Positions 1 through 9,129 of a stretch of DNA of 64,000 nt are shown piece by piece (positions within the stretch are counted from its first letter, which is position 1; each line of letters opens with the position of its first letter). A program made the translations under genes and the position numbers. A model generated the notes under the pieces. It did no database searches and had not been told where the DNA came from. It saw only the letters and a list, made by a program, of their open reading frames with translations. This stretch comes from Jiangella alba (GTDB taxonomy: Bacteria; Actinomycetota; Actinomycetes; Jiangellales; Jiangellaceae). Where the stretch lies: assembly GCF_900106035.1 (NCBI RefSeq), contig NZ_FNUC01000004.1:3135722-3199721 (forward strand), written 5' to 3'.

Positions 1-1
1 C

Positions 2-124
2 CCGTCCGTCCTCGACGACGAGCCGGTGCTGCTGTGCTGGCTCGAGGGCGACGCCAAGCTGGCCTGGTACCACCGCGCCGATCTCGGCTTCGCCGGGCGC
101 CGTCCGCTCCCGCCTGCTCCTTAG
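2..124 (+). CDS. 3' end of an upstream gene (partial, hypothetical protein)
   Basis: Open frame with high GC3 running to a TAG at 122-124 (…PVLLCWLEGDAKLAWYHRADLGFAGRRPLPPAP*). It is not in the ORF track because its start lies outside the window. No recognisable family. Confidence 0.3.
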   Translation, partial: PSVLDDEPVLLCWLEGDAKLAWYHRADLGFAGRRPLPPAP

Positions 125-218
125 CGGTCCGGACCAGCGGCTTCACAAGATCGGCCGCGGCCGCTACGGTCCGGGCGGGGCGCGCCAGGGGGGTCGTCCT
201 CGGACGAAGGAGTCCAGC

Positions 219-3200
219 ATGGCCGCATCTCGTCGTCGCTCCCGCCGTCTCACCGCCGCTGCCGTCGCCCTCGGGCTCGGCGTCTCGCTGCTGGTCACCA
301 GCGGCGCGGGCGCCGACGACGGCGGCGAGCTCGAGGCCTACACCGCCGACGTCACCGCCGCGCAGGCGGCCGAGATCAGCGCCGACGGCCTCGACGTCAC
401 CGCCGCCGAGCCGACCGCGTCCGGCGTCCGCATGGACCTGGTGCTCACCGAGGACGAGGTGCGGGCGCTGCGCGGCCGCGGCGTCGACGCCGAGGTGAAG
501 CGCAACGCCGACGGGCTGAGCGCCACCGAGGCGGCGGCCCGGCAGGCGGCCGCCGGGTACACCGTCTGGCGCTCGTGGGACGAGGACGGCGGGCTGCGCG
601 ACCAGCTGTACGACCTGGCGAGGGCCAACCCGCAGATCGCCAAGCTGGTCGTGCTCGGCGAGACGTACGAGGGCCGCGAGATCATCGCGCTCAAGCTGAC
701 CCAGGGCGCCCGCGGCATCGCCGACGGCACCCGCCCGGCGGTGCTGTACAGCTCGCTGCAGCACGCACGTGAGTGGATCTCCGGCGAGGTCAACCGCCGG
801 ATGCTGACCAGCCTGGTCGACGGCTGGCGGGCCAACGACCGCGACGTGCGCAGCCTGCTGCGGCGCAACGAGTACTGGTTCGTGCTGGTGGCCAACCCGG
901 ACGGCTACCAGTACACGTTCGACAACGAGCGGCTGTGGCGGAAGAACCTGCGCGACAACGACGGCGACGGCACCACCACGGCACTCGACGGCGTCGACCC
1001 GAACCGCAACTACCCCGAGCACTTCCAGTACGACGAGGAGGGCTCGTCGTCGCTGATCTCCAGCGACACGTACCGCGGGCCGGAGGCCGGCTCCGAGCCG
1101 GAGACGCAGGCGATGCTGGCGCTCTACGACCGCGTCGACTTCGCCTTCCACGTGAACTGGCACTCGGCCGGCGAGTGGCTGCTGTACCCGGAGGGCTGGC
1201 AGACCGGCACCCCGAGCGCCGACGACCCGATCTACTTCGCGCTGTCGGGCAACCTGGACACCCCGGCGATCGCCGGCTGGGAACCTGGCCTGTCGTCGGA
1301 CGTCCTGTACGTGACCAACGGCGAGACCACCGACTTCGCGCACTCCCAGCGCGGCACCCTCGCGTGGACGCCGGAACTGGGCGAGGGCGTGCCCGGCAGC
1401 GGCTTCGTCTTCCCCGACGACGAGGCGCTGGTGCAGGCCGAGTTCGAGAAGGTGCGGCCGTTCGCCATGGACGTCGCGAGGTCCGCGGCCGACCCGGACG
1501 ACCCGGTGTCGCACCTGGGCCTCACGACGAAGCCGTTCTACCTGCAGAGCGACGACACCTACAAGGCCGGGCTGCCGCAGGCGGACTTCACCTTCGACTA
1601 CTCCTACGGCGACCCGCAGGAGGTGCGGGTGCTGGCCAAGCGCGACCTCGGCGACGTGACGGTGAGGTACCGCGTCGACGGCGGCCCGGTGCAGAGCGCG
1701 CCCACCGACGAGTGGGACGGCGGCGACCGCTACGGCGGCGGCACCGACGTCTACTACCGGGTGATGAGCGGCGTCGTCACCGGCACCGAGCCCGGCGACA
1801 CCGTCGAGGTGTGGTTCGAGGGCGGCGGCGAGACCAGCGACTCGTTCACTTACACCGCGGTCTCGGAATCCGCGAACGACGTGCTGGTGCTGGCCGCCGA
1901 GGACTACACCGGCGCCTCACCGGTGCAGCCGGCCGGCGGCCCGCACCACCTGGCCGCCTACGAGGAGGCGCTGACGGCGAACGGCGTCGGCTACGACGTG
2001 TACGACGTCGACGCCCGCGGCCGGACCGCGCCGGACGCCCTGGGCGTGCTGTCGCACTACGACGCCGTCGTCTGGTACACCGGCGACGACATCGTCACCC
2101 GCGAGCCGGGCTGGGCCGGTGGCACCGCGTCGCGGCTGGCCATGGACGAGCTGCTGGAGGTCCGCGACTTCCTCAACGAGGGCGGCCAGGTGCTGTACAC
2201 CGGCAAGTACGCCGGCACCCAGTACACCCAGAACCACGGGCTGCAGGCCTACGACCCGACGGCCGCGAACGCGCAGTGCGCCGCCGACCCGGCGGTGCAG
2301 GCGCGGTGCCGGGTGCTGGCAGGCTCCGGCGACCTCACCAACGACGTGCTGCAGTACTGGCTCGGCGCCTACCTGCTGGTCGACGACGCCGGCACCACCG
2401 ACGACGGCCTGCTCGACGTCATCGGCGGCGACGAGGGCCCGTTCGAGGGCATGGGCTGGGGGTTCGACCCGGCCGGGAACCAGGACCACAGCAACTCGCA
2501 GGTCGTCACCAGCGGCATCCTCGACCCCGAGACGTACCCGCAGTTCGACAGCTGGGTCGCGGCGCGCTGGGACCGCGAGGGCGGCCCGTTCGAGCCGCAC
2601 ACCGGCGACTTCTACGTCTACTCGCAGATCGGCGACGTCTCGTTCAAGCGGCTGACGAACACGGTGTCCGTGCCCGCGGGCGGCGCGACGCTGTCGTTCT
2701 GGACGTCGTACGACACCGAGGCGGCCTGGGACCACCTGTTCGTCGAGGCCGCACCGGCCGGCACCGACGACTGGACCACGCTGCCGGACGCGAACGGGAA
2801 CACGTCGCAGGAGACCGCGGGCGGCAGTTGCCCGGCGGGCTGGAACACCCTGCACCCGCGGCTGGAGCACTACCAGACCGTCGTCGACGGCACCACGTGC
2901 CTGCCGACCGGCACGACCGGCGCGTGGAACGCCGCCTCGGGCAACTCCGGCGGCTGGCAGGAATGGTCGATCGACCTCACCCCGTACGCCGGCGGCGACG
3001 TCGACCTGTCGATCAGCTACGCCAGCGACTGGGCGGTCCAGGGCCTGGGCGTCTTCGTCGACGACATCACCGTCAGCACCGGCGACGGCGACACGTCGTT
3101 CGAGACCGACCTCGGCGGCTGGGAGGTGCCCGGCCCGCCCGAAGGGAGCGCGCCGAACGCCAACGACTTCCTCCGCACGACGGCCGGCGGCTTCCCGGAG

Positions 3201-3317
3201 GCGGCCGTCACGGCGACGCCCGGCACGCTCTACGCCGGGTTCGGCCTGGAGGGCATCGAGGACGCGGCCGAGCGGGCCGCCGTCATGGAGCGGGCGCTCA
3301 AGCACCTGCTCGACTGA
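219..3317 (+). CDS. Secreted zinc carboxypeptidase, peptidase family M14, with a large C-terminal extension
   Basis: AAGGAG Shine-Dalgarno site before the ATG. N-terminal signal peptide (RRRSRRLTAAAVALGLGVSLLVTSGAGA). M14 signature region (…LQHAREWISGEV…, HxxE zinc motif, NWHSAGE). 1032 aa. Confidence 0.8.
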   Translation: MAASRRRSRRLTAAAVALGLGVSLLVTSGAGADDGGELEAYTADVTAAQAAEISADGLDVTAAEPTASGVRMDLVLTEDEVRALRGRGVDAEVKRNADGLSATEAAARQAAAGYTVWRSWDEDGGLRDQLYDLARANPQIAKLVVLGETYEGREIIALKLTQGARGIADGTRPAVLYSSLQHAREWISGEVNRRMLTSLVDGWRANDRDVRSLLRRNEYWFVLVANPDGYQYTFDNERLWRKNLRDNDGDGTTTALDGVDPNRNYPEHFQYDEEGSSSLISSDTYRGPEAGSEPETQAMLALYDRVDFAFHVNWHSAGEWLLYPEGWQTGTPSADDPIYFALSGNLDTPAIAGWEPGLSSDVLYVTNGETTDFAHSQRGTLAWTPELGEGVPGSGFVFPDDEALVQAEFEKVRPFAMDVARSAADPDDPVSHLGLTTKPFYLQSDDTYKAGLPQADFTFDYSYGDPQEVRVLAKRDLGDVTVRYRVDGGPVQSAPTDEWDGGDRYGGGTDVYYRVMSGVVTGTEPGDTVEVWFEGGGETSDSFTYTAVSESANDVLVLAAEDYTGASPVQPAGGPHHLAAYEEALTANGVGYDVYDVDARGRTAPDALGVLSHYDAVVWYTGDDIVTREPGWAGGTASRLAMDELLEVRDFLNEGGQVLYTGKYAGTQYTQNHGLQAYDPTAANAQCAADPAVQARCRVLAGSGDLTNDVLQYWLGAYLLVDDAGTTDDGLLDVIGGDEGPFEGMGWGFDPAGNQDHSNSQVVTSGILDPETYPQFDSWVAARWDREGGPFEPHTGDFYVYSQIGDVSFKRLTNTVSVPAGGATLSFWTSYDTEAAWDHLFVEAAPAGTDDWTTLPDANGNTSQETAGGSCPAGWNTLHPRLEHYQTVVDGTTCLPTGTTGAWNAASGNSGGWQEWSIDLTPYAGGDVDLSISYASDWAVQGLGVFVDDITVSTGDGDTSFETDLGGWEVPGPPEGSAPNANDFLRTTAGGFPEAAVTATPGTLYAGFGLEGIEDAAERAAVMERALKHLLD

Positions 3318-3336
3318 CGGCGACCCACTGGCGAGG

Positions 3337-3480
3337 GTGTGGCCCGCCCTGCTGGGGTGCTCACCCCCGCTGGGGCGGCCCGCCCTGCTGGGGTGCTCAC
3401 CCCTGGCGGGGCGGCCGGCGGAGTGGGCGTGGGCGGTCCCGCTCGGGGCGCTGACCCTGGCGGGGCGGGCCGATGGAGGC
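3337..3480. repeat. Intergenic tandem repeat (~36-bp period, 26-bp core ggcccgccctgctggggtgctcaccc twice, plus repeated ccctggcggggcgg)
   Basis: Read directly in the convergent intergenic region between the M14 gene and the phosphodiesterase gene. Confidence 0.6.
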
Positions 3481-3526
3481 CCGCCCCGCTGGGTGGGTGT
3501 CCTCGCTTGTGGCGGCGATCCGATGC

Positions 3527-3583
3527 GGTAGGTATGACCCGCCCCTTGAGGGAGGGTGCCCACCCTACGGGCGGGCACCGACA
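3527..3583. repeat. REP-like palindromic element, copy 1 (ggtaggtatgaccc…cccaccctacgggcgggcaccgaca)
   Basis: Near-palindromic core tgcccaccctacgggcgggca. Related copies occur at 5702-5750, 11415-11456, 11549-11590, 11705-11747 and 56417-56475. Confidence 0.55.
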
Positions 3584-3654
3584 CGCTCCGCCGACGCCGA
3601 CGCCGACGCCGGGCCTTGCCGTGGTGCTGTCGTCGGGCGGACCCGGCGACGGGG

Positions 3655-5550
3655 TCAGAGTGCCCGTGCGTCGGCGGCGATCAGGGCGGCCAGTTCGGCC
3701 GGCAGCTGGTGGCCGCCGACCCCGGCCTCGGCGATCGAGGCGACCCGGATCCAGTCGGACCGGTCGATGGCGCGCAGCAACTGGTCGCGCAGCGCGCGCT
3801 CGACGTCCGGTCCGGTGGCGAGGCGCACCAGCCCGGCCGCCGACGGCTGCACCGTCACCGTGGTGGTCGCGGTGGCGGTGCCGCTGACGCCGGTGGCCGT
3901 CACCTCGAGGGTGTGCTCGCCCGCGGCCAGCGTGTCGACGGCGATGGCGGAGCCCTCGGCGACCTCCGCGCCGTCCAGCGTGAGCGCGATCGACTCGGCC
4001 CGCTCCGACGTCACCGCCGGCACCAGCACGTCGCCGCGGGTCAGCGTCGCGCCGTCGGCCGGGGCCGCGAACGCCACGGTGGGCTCGTCCGGCACCGTCT
4101 GCACGTGCCGTGCGTTCCAGCCGACCAGCTCGCCCGGCTTGTTCGTGATGACGCCGTCGACGCCGAGGTCGCGCAGGATGGCCCACTGGGCCGGGTCGTC
4201 GATGGTGTACGGCATGACGGCGATCTCGGCCTCGTGCAGGTCGGCGATGACGTCGGTGCTGGTCTGCAGCGCCGTCCACGACGGGTTGTAACTGACGACG
4301 CCGAGGTCGCGCGCCATCGCGACCGGGTCGGCGTCGAGGCTGGAGCGCAGCAGGCCGAGCCGCAGCTCCGGCTCGATCGCCCGCACGTCGCGCAACACCT
4401 GCACGTCGAAGCTCTGCAGCAGGGTCTGCTCGATCAGGCCCTGCTCGCGCAGCTGGCCGACGATGACCTCCAGCTCGGCGTACGTCTCCGGGCCCTTGAC
4501 CTCCAGCAGCAGCACCGGCGCGCGGCCCTTCATCAGCGCCAGCACGTCGAGCAGCGTCGGCACCGGCTGGCCGGTGAACGCCGTCGAGAACCACGACCCG
4601 GCGTCGAGGCCCTCGATGTAGTCGGACGTCACGGCCGGCAGCGCGCCGGTGCCGTCGGTGGTCCGGTCGAGGGTGTTGTCGTGCAGGATGATCGGCACGC
4701 CGTCGGCGCTGCTCGCGACGTCGACCTCGACGTAGTCGGCGCCGCTGCGCAGCGCGGACTCCACTGCGGCGAGGGTGTTCTCGGGCGCGACCGACGAGTA
4801 GCCGCGGTGCGCCACCACGGCGGGCGTCGACCCGGGGCCGACCGGTCGGATCACCGGCTCCTCCTCGAGTTCCGTGACGACGACGTCGTCGAACGATACG
4901 GTGCTGCCGTTCACGATCAGGCCCAGCACGCCTTGGTCGGAGCGCTGCAGCGCGCTGGTGCGCATGACCTCCTGGCCGTCGAAGATCCAGGTGGCCCGGC
5001 TGCCGCGCACCTCGACGGCGATGCGGACGTCGGTGCCCGTGCCGGCCGCGTGCGGCGCGGCGGCCGTGTTCGTCACGTTCCAGCCGTCGGACGTGGTGCG
5101 CTGGGCGAACTCGAGCCCGTTGGCGGCGGTGGTGCCGCTGCGCATGGTGGCGATCCACCACGGCGTGGACCCGTCGGGCGCGATGTCCATGCCGACGGCG
5201 GTCCAGCGGGCGGCGTTGGCGACCTGCTCGAACCTCGCCGTCAGCTCGACCCGGAAGTTGCGCAGGTGCGGCCCGAACGTGATGCGCGACAACTGGCTCG
5301 ACGACGTGCTGACGCCGACCAGCCGCCCGTCCGATACCGACCACTGGCCGTCGACGGCGGTCCAGCCGGCGGGGATCTCACCGCCTTCGAAGTCCTCGCT
5401 GAGGACGACTGCGGGTTCGGCTGTTTCGGCTGGTTCCGCTGCCGCGGGCGCCGCGACGGTTGCCGCGCTGAGGGCGGCGGCCGGCAGGGCGGCGGCGAGG
5501 GCGACGGCCAGGGTCGCGGTCCGGAGTAGGGACGGTCTGGGTAGGCGCAC
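3655..5550 (-). CDS. Secreted glycerophosphodiester phosphodiesterase (GDPD/GlpQ-like) with an N-terminal LamG/DUF1080-like domain
   Basis: Signal peptide (LAVALAAALPAAALSAATVAAPAAA). GDPD motif block VVAHRGYSSVAPENTLAAVESALRSGADYVEVDVASSADGVPIILHDNTLDRTTDG. GTG start at 5550. Confidence 0.8.
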   Translation of the reverse strand: MRLPRPSLLRTATLAVALAAALPAAALSAATVAAPAAAEPAETAEPAVVLSEDFEGGEIPAGWTAVDGQWSVSDGRLVGVSTSSSQLSRITFGPHLRNFRVELTARFEQVANAARWTAVGMDIAPDGSTPWWIATMRSGTTAANGLEFAQRTTSDGWNVTNTAAAPHAAGTGTDVRIAVEVRGSRATWIFDGQEVMRTSALQRSDQGVLGLIVNGSTVSFDDVVVTELEEEPVIRPVGPGSTPAVVAHRGYSSVAPENTLAAVESALRSGADYVEVDVASSADGVPIILHDNTLDRTTDGTGALPAVTSDYIEGLDAGSWFSTAFTGQPVPTLLDVLALMKGRAPVLLLEVKGPETYAELEVIVGQLREQGLIEQTLLQSFDVQVLRDVRAIEPELRLGLLRSSLDADPVAMARDLGVVSYNPSWTALQTSTDVIADLHEAEIAVMPYTIDDPAQWAILRDLGVDGVITNKPGELVGWNARHVQTVPDEPTVAFAAPADGATLTRGDVLVPAVTSERAESIALTLDGAEVAEGSAIAVDTLAAGEHTLEVTATGVSGTATATTTVTVQPSAAGLVRLATGPDVERALRDQLLRAIDRSDWIRVASIAEAGVGGHQLPAELAALIAADARAL

Positions 5551-5590
5551 GGGGTCCTCCAGGGTGGGGGGTTTCCGGGATGCTACGGAT

Positions 5591-5614
5591 CGTCACTGAA
5601 TGCCGGTTGAACAC
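5591..5614 (-). promoter_or_regulatory. Candidate PhoP box upstream of the GlpQ-like gene (GTTCAAC-4 nt-ATTCAGT, exact 11-nt register)
   Basis: On the gene strand it reads ggtGTTCAACcggcATTCAGTgacg, about 45-65 nt upstream of the start. It resembles the actinomycete PHO-box direct-repeat unit GTTCACC with 11-nt spacing. Confidence 0.35.
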
Positions 5615-5701
5615 CGGGTGGCGCTCCCGGTGCCCGGCGGCGCACGCGCGTGTCGGCTGCCTTGTCCGGTGCGTTCGGCGACGTCGCGGTGGCTGGTAGG
5701 T

Positions 5702-5750
5702 GGACCCCTCCCGGCCCGGGTGAGGCCCACCCTACGGGCGGGCGCCGACA
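5702..5750. repeat. REP-like element, copy 2 (gacccctcccggcccgggtgaggcccaccctacgggcgggcgccgaca)
   Basis: Shares the cccaccctacgggcgggc…ccgaca core with copy 1. It sits immediately 5' of the 18-bp array. Confidence 0.55.
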
Positions 5751-5957
5751 CACTCGGCCGCGCCGACACACTCGGCCGCGCCGACACACTCGCCCGCGCT
5801 GACAAACGCGCCCGCGCTGACAAACGCGCCCGTGCGGGCAGGCTCGGCCGCGGGGGCAGGCTCGCTCGCGGGGGCAGGCTCGCCCGCGCGCGCAGACTCG
5901 GCCGCGCGCGCAGACTCGGCCGCGCCGGGAGGCTCGCCCGCGCCGACGACCTCGGCC
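5742..5957. repeat. Tandem array of twelve 18-bp units (gcgNNNNcaNNctcgNcc) occurring as duplicated pairs
   Basis: Units: gcgccgacacactcggcc x3, gcgctgacaaacgcgccc x2, gcgggggcaggctcgNNc x3, gcgcgcgcagactcggcc x2, and others. It lies between the cupin stop at 5976 and the phosphodiesterase start at 5550. Confidence 0.85.
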
Positions 5958-5975
5958 GCGCCGGAGCATGCGCCG

Positions 5976-6719
5976 CTATCCCACGAGCGCGGCCACGTCC
6001 CAGGTGCGCAGCCGCCCGCACATGCCGTACCGGTAGGGCTGTTCGCGCCGCTCGCCGACGTGTACCGACGCGGCGTGAAGGTGGCTCGCGTCGCCACCGG
6101 CCAGCGCCGTCAGCACCCGGCCGGTCTCGTCGACCCCGGCGCGCACGGACTGCTGCCACGTCGACTGCCAGCCCGGCACCTTCGCCGCGACCAGCACGCC
6201 GGCCCGCTCGTACAGCGACGACAGCGCGCCCGGCCCCTCCACTTCGACGCGGCGGCGGAGGTCGGCGAAGCCGGCCAGCGCGAGGTCGCGGCGGGCCCGG
6301 GCCGAGGCGGCGACGGCGTCCTCCCCGGACTCGGGTCCGGACGGCAGCGCCGCGGCCGCCGCGTACCGCGCGGGGTCGGCCAGCACCTCGTCGGGGAAGG
6401 TGAAGACGGCGTCGCCGGCCTCGGGCAGCCCGGCGTTCTGCATGACGACGACGATCTGCAGGCCGCCGTCGTTGACCAGCCGGTGCACCGTCCCCGGCGT
6501 GAACCACAGCACGGTGCCCGCGGTCAGCGGGTGCGAGCCCACACCGTCGGCACTCAGCGTCTCCAGCCGGCCGCTGCCGCCGACCACCACGTACCCCTCG
6601 CCCGACGCCGTGTGCAGGTGCGGCGACCCGCCGGCCAGTCCGTCGTCGCCGGGCCAGTCGTAGACGGTGAGATGGCTGACCGCCGTTCCGCCGGGGAACC
6701 CCGGCCGCCCTGCACCCAT
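5976..6719 (-). CDS. Cupin-domain protein
   Basis: 247 aa. Two-His cupin-like motif region (…GGSPHLHTASGEGYVVVGGSGRLE…GTVLWFTPGTVHRL…). Confidence 0.5.
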   Translation of the reverse strand: MGAGRPGFPGGTAVSHLTVYDWPGDDGLAGGSPHLHTASGEGYVVVGGSGRLETLSADGVGSHPLTAGTVLWFTPGTVHRLVNDGGLQIVVVMQNAGLPEAGDAVFTFPDEVLADPARYAAAAALPSGPESGEDAVAASARARRDLALAGFADLRRRVEVEGPGALSSLYERAGVLVAAKVPGWQSTWQQSVRAGVDETGRVLTALAGGDASHLHAASVHVGERREQPYRYGMCGRLRTWDVAALVG

Positions 6720-6834
6720 ACGACGAACCCTCCAAGCGACGCTGACGGAAAGCGCTCTCCCACCCTAGCCGCAGCCGCCACGACGCGGAAGGGCCCCGGC
6801 AGCCGTGCTGCCGGGGCCCCAGCGTGAACGCGCG

Positions 6835-8964
6835 TCAGTCGCCGATGAACGGACCACCGGTCGGGCTCTTGCGCCAGACGGTGACGACGGACGGCCGCGG
6901 CTGGTCGCCGTACGGGAACGTCGAGATCGGGGTGTCCGGCGAGGCGCCGCTGCCCTCACCCGGGTGCTGCACCGCGATGGTGGCGGTGCGGCCGTCGGGC
7001 GTGATGAACGGGCCGCAGCACTCGGCGCCGCGCGGCACCGAGGCGAACCGGCGCACGTGGCCCTTGTCGTCGCCCTCGACCGGCATGACGAACAGGCCGT
7101 CGGCGATGCTGCTGGCGCCGGGCATGCCGTCGGTGGAGATCCACAGCCGACCGGCCGGGTCGAAGGCCACGTTGTCCGGGCAGGACATGTGGCTGACCTG
7201 CGACTTGTCGTAGCCGTCGTAGTAGGTCGACGGATCGGACGGGTTGCCCGCCAGTACCAGGATGCGCCAGGTGAAGGTGAGCGCCGCGGCGTCGTTGCCG
7301 TCCTCGTCGATGCCGACGATGTGGCCCCACTTGTTGGCCAGGCGCGGGTTCGGCTCCTCGACCCCGGTGGACGCGTTGCGCGAGGTGTTGTTGGTCAACG
7401 CGATGACGACGGTGCCGGTGACGGGGTTGCGCTCGACGTCCTCGGGGCGGTCCATCTTGGTGGCGCCGACCTTGTCGCCGGCCAGCCGGGTGAACGTCAG
7501 CACCTCCTCGACGCTCATGCCGTCGACCTTGCTCTCGCCGCCGACCACGAGCGGCAGCCATTGGCCGGTGCCGTCGAACTCGCCGTCGGAGGGCAGCTTG
7601 CCGGTGCCGTCGATCTCGCCGGCCGGGCTGTCGCCGGTGAACTTGGCGACGTAGAGGTCGCCCTCCTCCAGCAGCCGCAGGTTGGAGTCGCGGTCGCGCT
7701 TGCTGGTGCCGGGGCGGTACGCGTTCTTCGAGATGAACTTGTAGACGTAGTCGAACCGCTCGTCGTCGCCCATGTAGGCGACGGCGCGGCCGTCGTCGGC
7801 GATGGAGATGGTGGCGCCCTCGTGCTTGAACCGGCCGAGCGCGGTGTGCTTGCGCGGGGTCGAGCCGGCGTCGAACGGGTCGATCTCGACGATCCAGCCG
7901 AACCGGTTCGGCTCGTTCGGCTCCTGCGCGAGGTCGAAGCGCTTGTCCGTCTTCTCCCAGCCGCGCTCGGTGCCGGCGGCGGTGCGGATGCCGTACCGGG
8001 CGTAGCGGGCCGCGACTGTCGGGTCGGCGATGGCGGCGGACGCGCCGAAGTACTGGTTGAAGTTCTCTTCGGCGGTGAGGATGGTGCCCCACGGGGTGGT
8101 GCCGCCGGCGCAGTTGTTCAGCATGCCGAGGATCTTCGTGCCGGTGCGGTCGGCGCTGGTCTTCAGCAGGTCGCTGCCGGCGACGGGGCCGGTCACGGCG
8201 AACCGGGTCTTGGTGTGGATGCGCCGGTTGTAGCGGCGCCGGCCGCCGACCGGGAGCCACTCTCCGGTCTCGGCGACCCGCTCGATCTCGACGACGGAGC
8301 CGCCGTGCGCGGCCTGCGAGACGAGCAGCTGGTCGACGGTGGCCGCGGCGGCGCCGGTCCAGCCGCGGAACATCAGCTCCTCGTTGGTGTACTCGTGGTT
8401 CACCCAGAGCAGGCCCTTGGTGAAGTTGCGGTCCAGCGGCAGGATCGCCACGAAGTCGCAGTTGTAGCCGAACTGCTGCAGCTGCGCGGCCTCGGTCTGG
8501 TGCTCGAAGTCGAACTCCGGCGCGCCCGGCAGGATCGGGTCGCCCCAGGCCACCGTCACCGACCAGTCGTAGCCGTTGGGCACGACGATGGTGTCGAGGG
8601 TGTTGTCGCCGACGGAGCGGAAGCCGACCGGGCGGCCGCGCTCGGGCACGTCCGGGAAACTCGGGTTCGGCGGCTTCGGGCCCGACGACGTCGTGCTCGC
8701 CGGGGCAGCGGCCGCGGCCAGCGCGCCGCTCCCGACACCGGACCCGACGACCAGCGCGGCCACGGCGCCGCTGCGGAGCAGACCGCGCCGCGACATCGCC
8801 TTGTTCACCATGTCGCCGAAGTACTCGTTGTCGCTCTCGTTCGGCACCGGGTGGAAGCAGGCGTCGGCGCAGCGGTACTTGCACGTCATGGCGCTGCGGC
8901 CGCCGTGCACGCCGCCCAGGACGGGCAGCAGGCGGCGGCGCTGGGCACCTTCGGGTTCGGGCAT
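6835..8964 (-). CDS. phoX: PhoX-family (DUF839) Tat-secreted phosphatase, paralogue 1
   Basis: Twin-arginine motif SRRGLLRSGAVAALVVG. PhoX-like blocks (…YNCDFVAILPL…LLWVNHEYT…). A conserved Cys-rich segment MTCKYRCADACFH precedes the Tat motif. Start taken at the second in-frame ATG (MPEPEG…); the ORF extends to 9000. Confidence 0.75.
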   Translation of the reverse strand: MPEPEGAQRRRLLPVLGGVHGGRSAMTCKYRCADACFHPVPNESDNEYFGDMVNKAMSRRGLLRSGAVAALVVGSGVGSGALAAAAAPASTTSSGPKPPNPSFPDVPERGRPVGFRSVGDNTLDTIVVPNGYDWSVTVAWGDPILPGAPEFDFEHQTEAAQLQQFGYNCDFVAILPLDRNFTKGLLWVNHEYTNEELMFRGWTGAAAATVDQLLVSQAAHGGSVVEIERVAETGEWLPVGGRRRYNRRIHTKTRFAVTGPVAGSDLLKTSADRTGTKILGMLNNCAGGTTPWGTILTAEENFNQYFGASAAIADPTVAARYARYGIRTAAGTERGWEKTDKRFDLAQEPNEPNRFGWIVEIDPFDAGSTPRKHTALGRFKHEGATISIADDGRAVAYMGDDERFDYVYKFISKNAYRPGTSKRDRDSNLRLLEEGDLYVAKFTGDSPAGEIDGTGKLPSDGEFDGTGQWLPLVVGGESKVDGMSVEEVLTFTRLAGDKVGATKMDRPEDVERNPVTGTVVIALTNNTSRNASTGVEEPNPRLANKWGHIVGIDEDGNDAAALTFTWRILVLAGNPSDPSTYYDGYDKSQVSHMSCPDNVAFDPAGRLWISTDGMPGASSIADGLFVMPVEGDDKGHVRRFASVPRGAECCGPFITPDGRTATIAVQHPGEGSGASPDTPISTFPYGDQPRPSVVTVWRKSPTGGPFIGD

Positions 8965-9038
8965 GGGAGTCCCTTCGTCACAGCTCCGGCACGTTCTCAC
9001 CAGAACCTAGGAACTGGTGCGAGCGGGAACCACCACGT

Positions 9039-9059
9039 CAGGACGAACAGAAGGTAAAG
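9039..9059 (-). promoter_or_regulatory. Candidate PhoP box upstream of phoX paralogue 1 (CTTTACC-4-GTTCGTC)
   Basis: On the gene strand it reads CTTTACCttctGTTCGTCctg, 75-95 nt upstream of the ATG, with 11-nt direct-repeat periodicity. Confidence 0.3.
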
Positions 9060-9129
9060 GGCAAACGAGGGAACGGGGCCGGCGCCGCGGACGAGGGACG
9101 CCGGCCCGCGTCCTTCCCACCCCCCGAGC

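Noticed and set aside
773-3584. Very long ORFs in alternative frames and strands overlapping real genes (for example 773..3454 +, 1917..3584 -, 3230..5344 -, 6805..9057 +, 19857..22526 -, 20420..23812 +, 35201..37327 -, 53717..56686 -)
   Set aside because: Their Arg/Ala/Pro/Gly-rich, low-complexity translations and lack of GC3 bias are the expected stop-codon-depletion artefact at about 73% GC. Each overlaps a gene with a clear family signature on the other frame.
5742-5957. Possible CRISPR array (18-bp repeats), and similarly the 11386-11835 repeat block
   Set aside because: The units are contiguous with no unique spacers. Variants cluster as adjacent duplicates. The unit length of 18 bp is too short. 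No cas genes are nearby. They are tandem repeats, not CRISPR.
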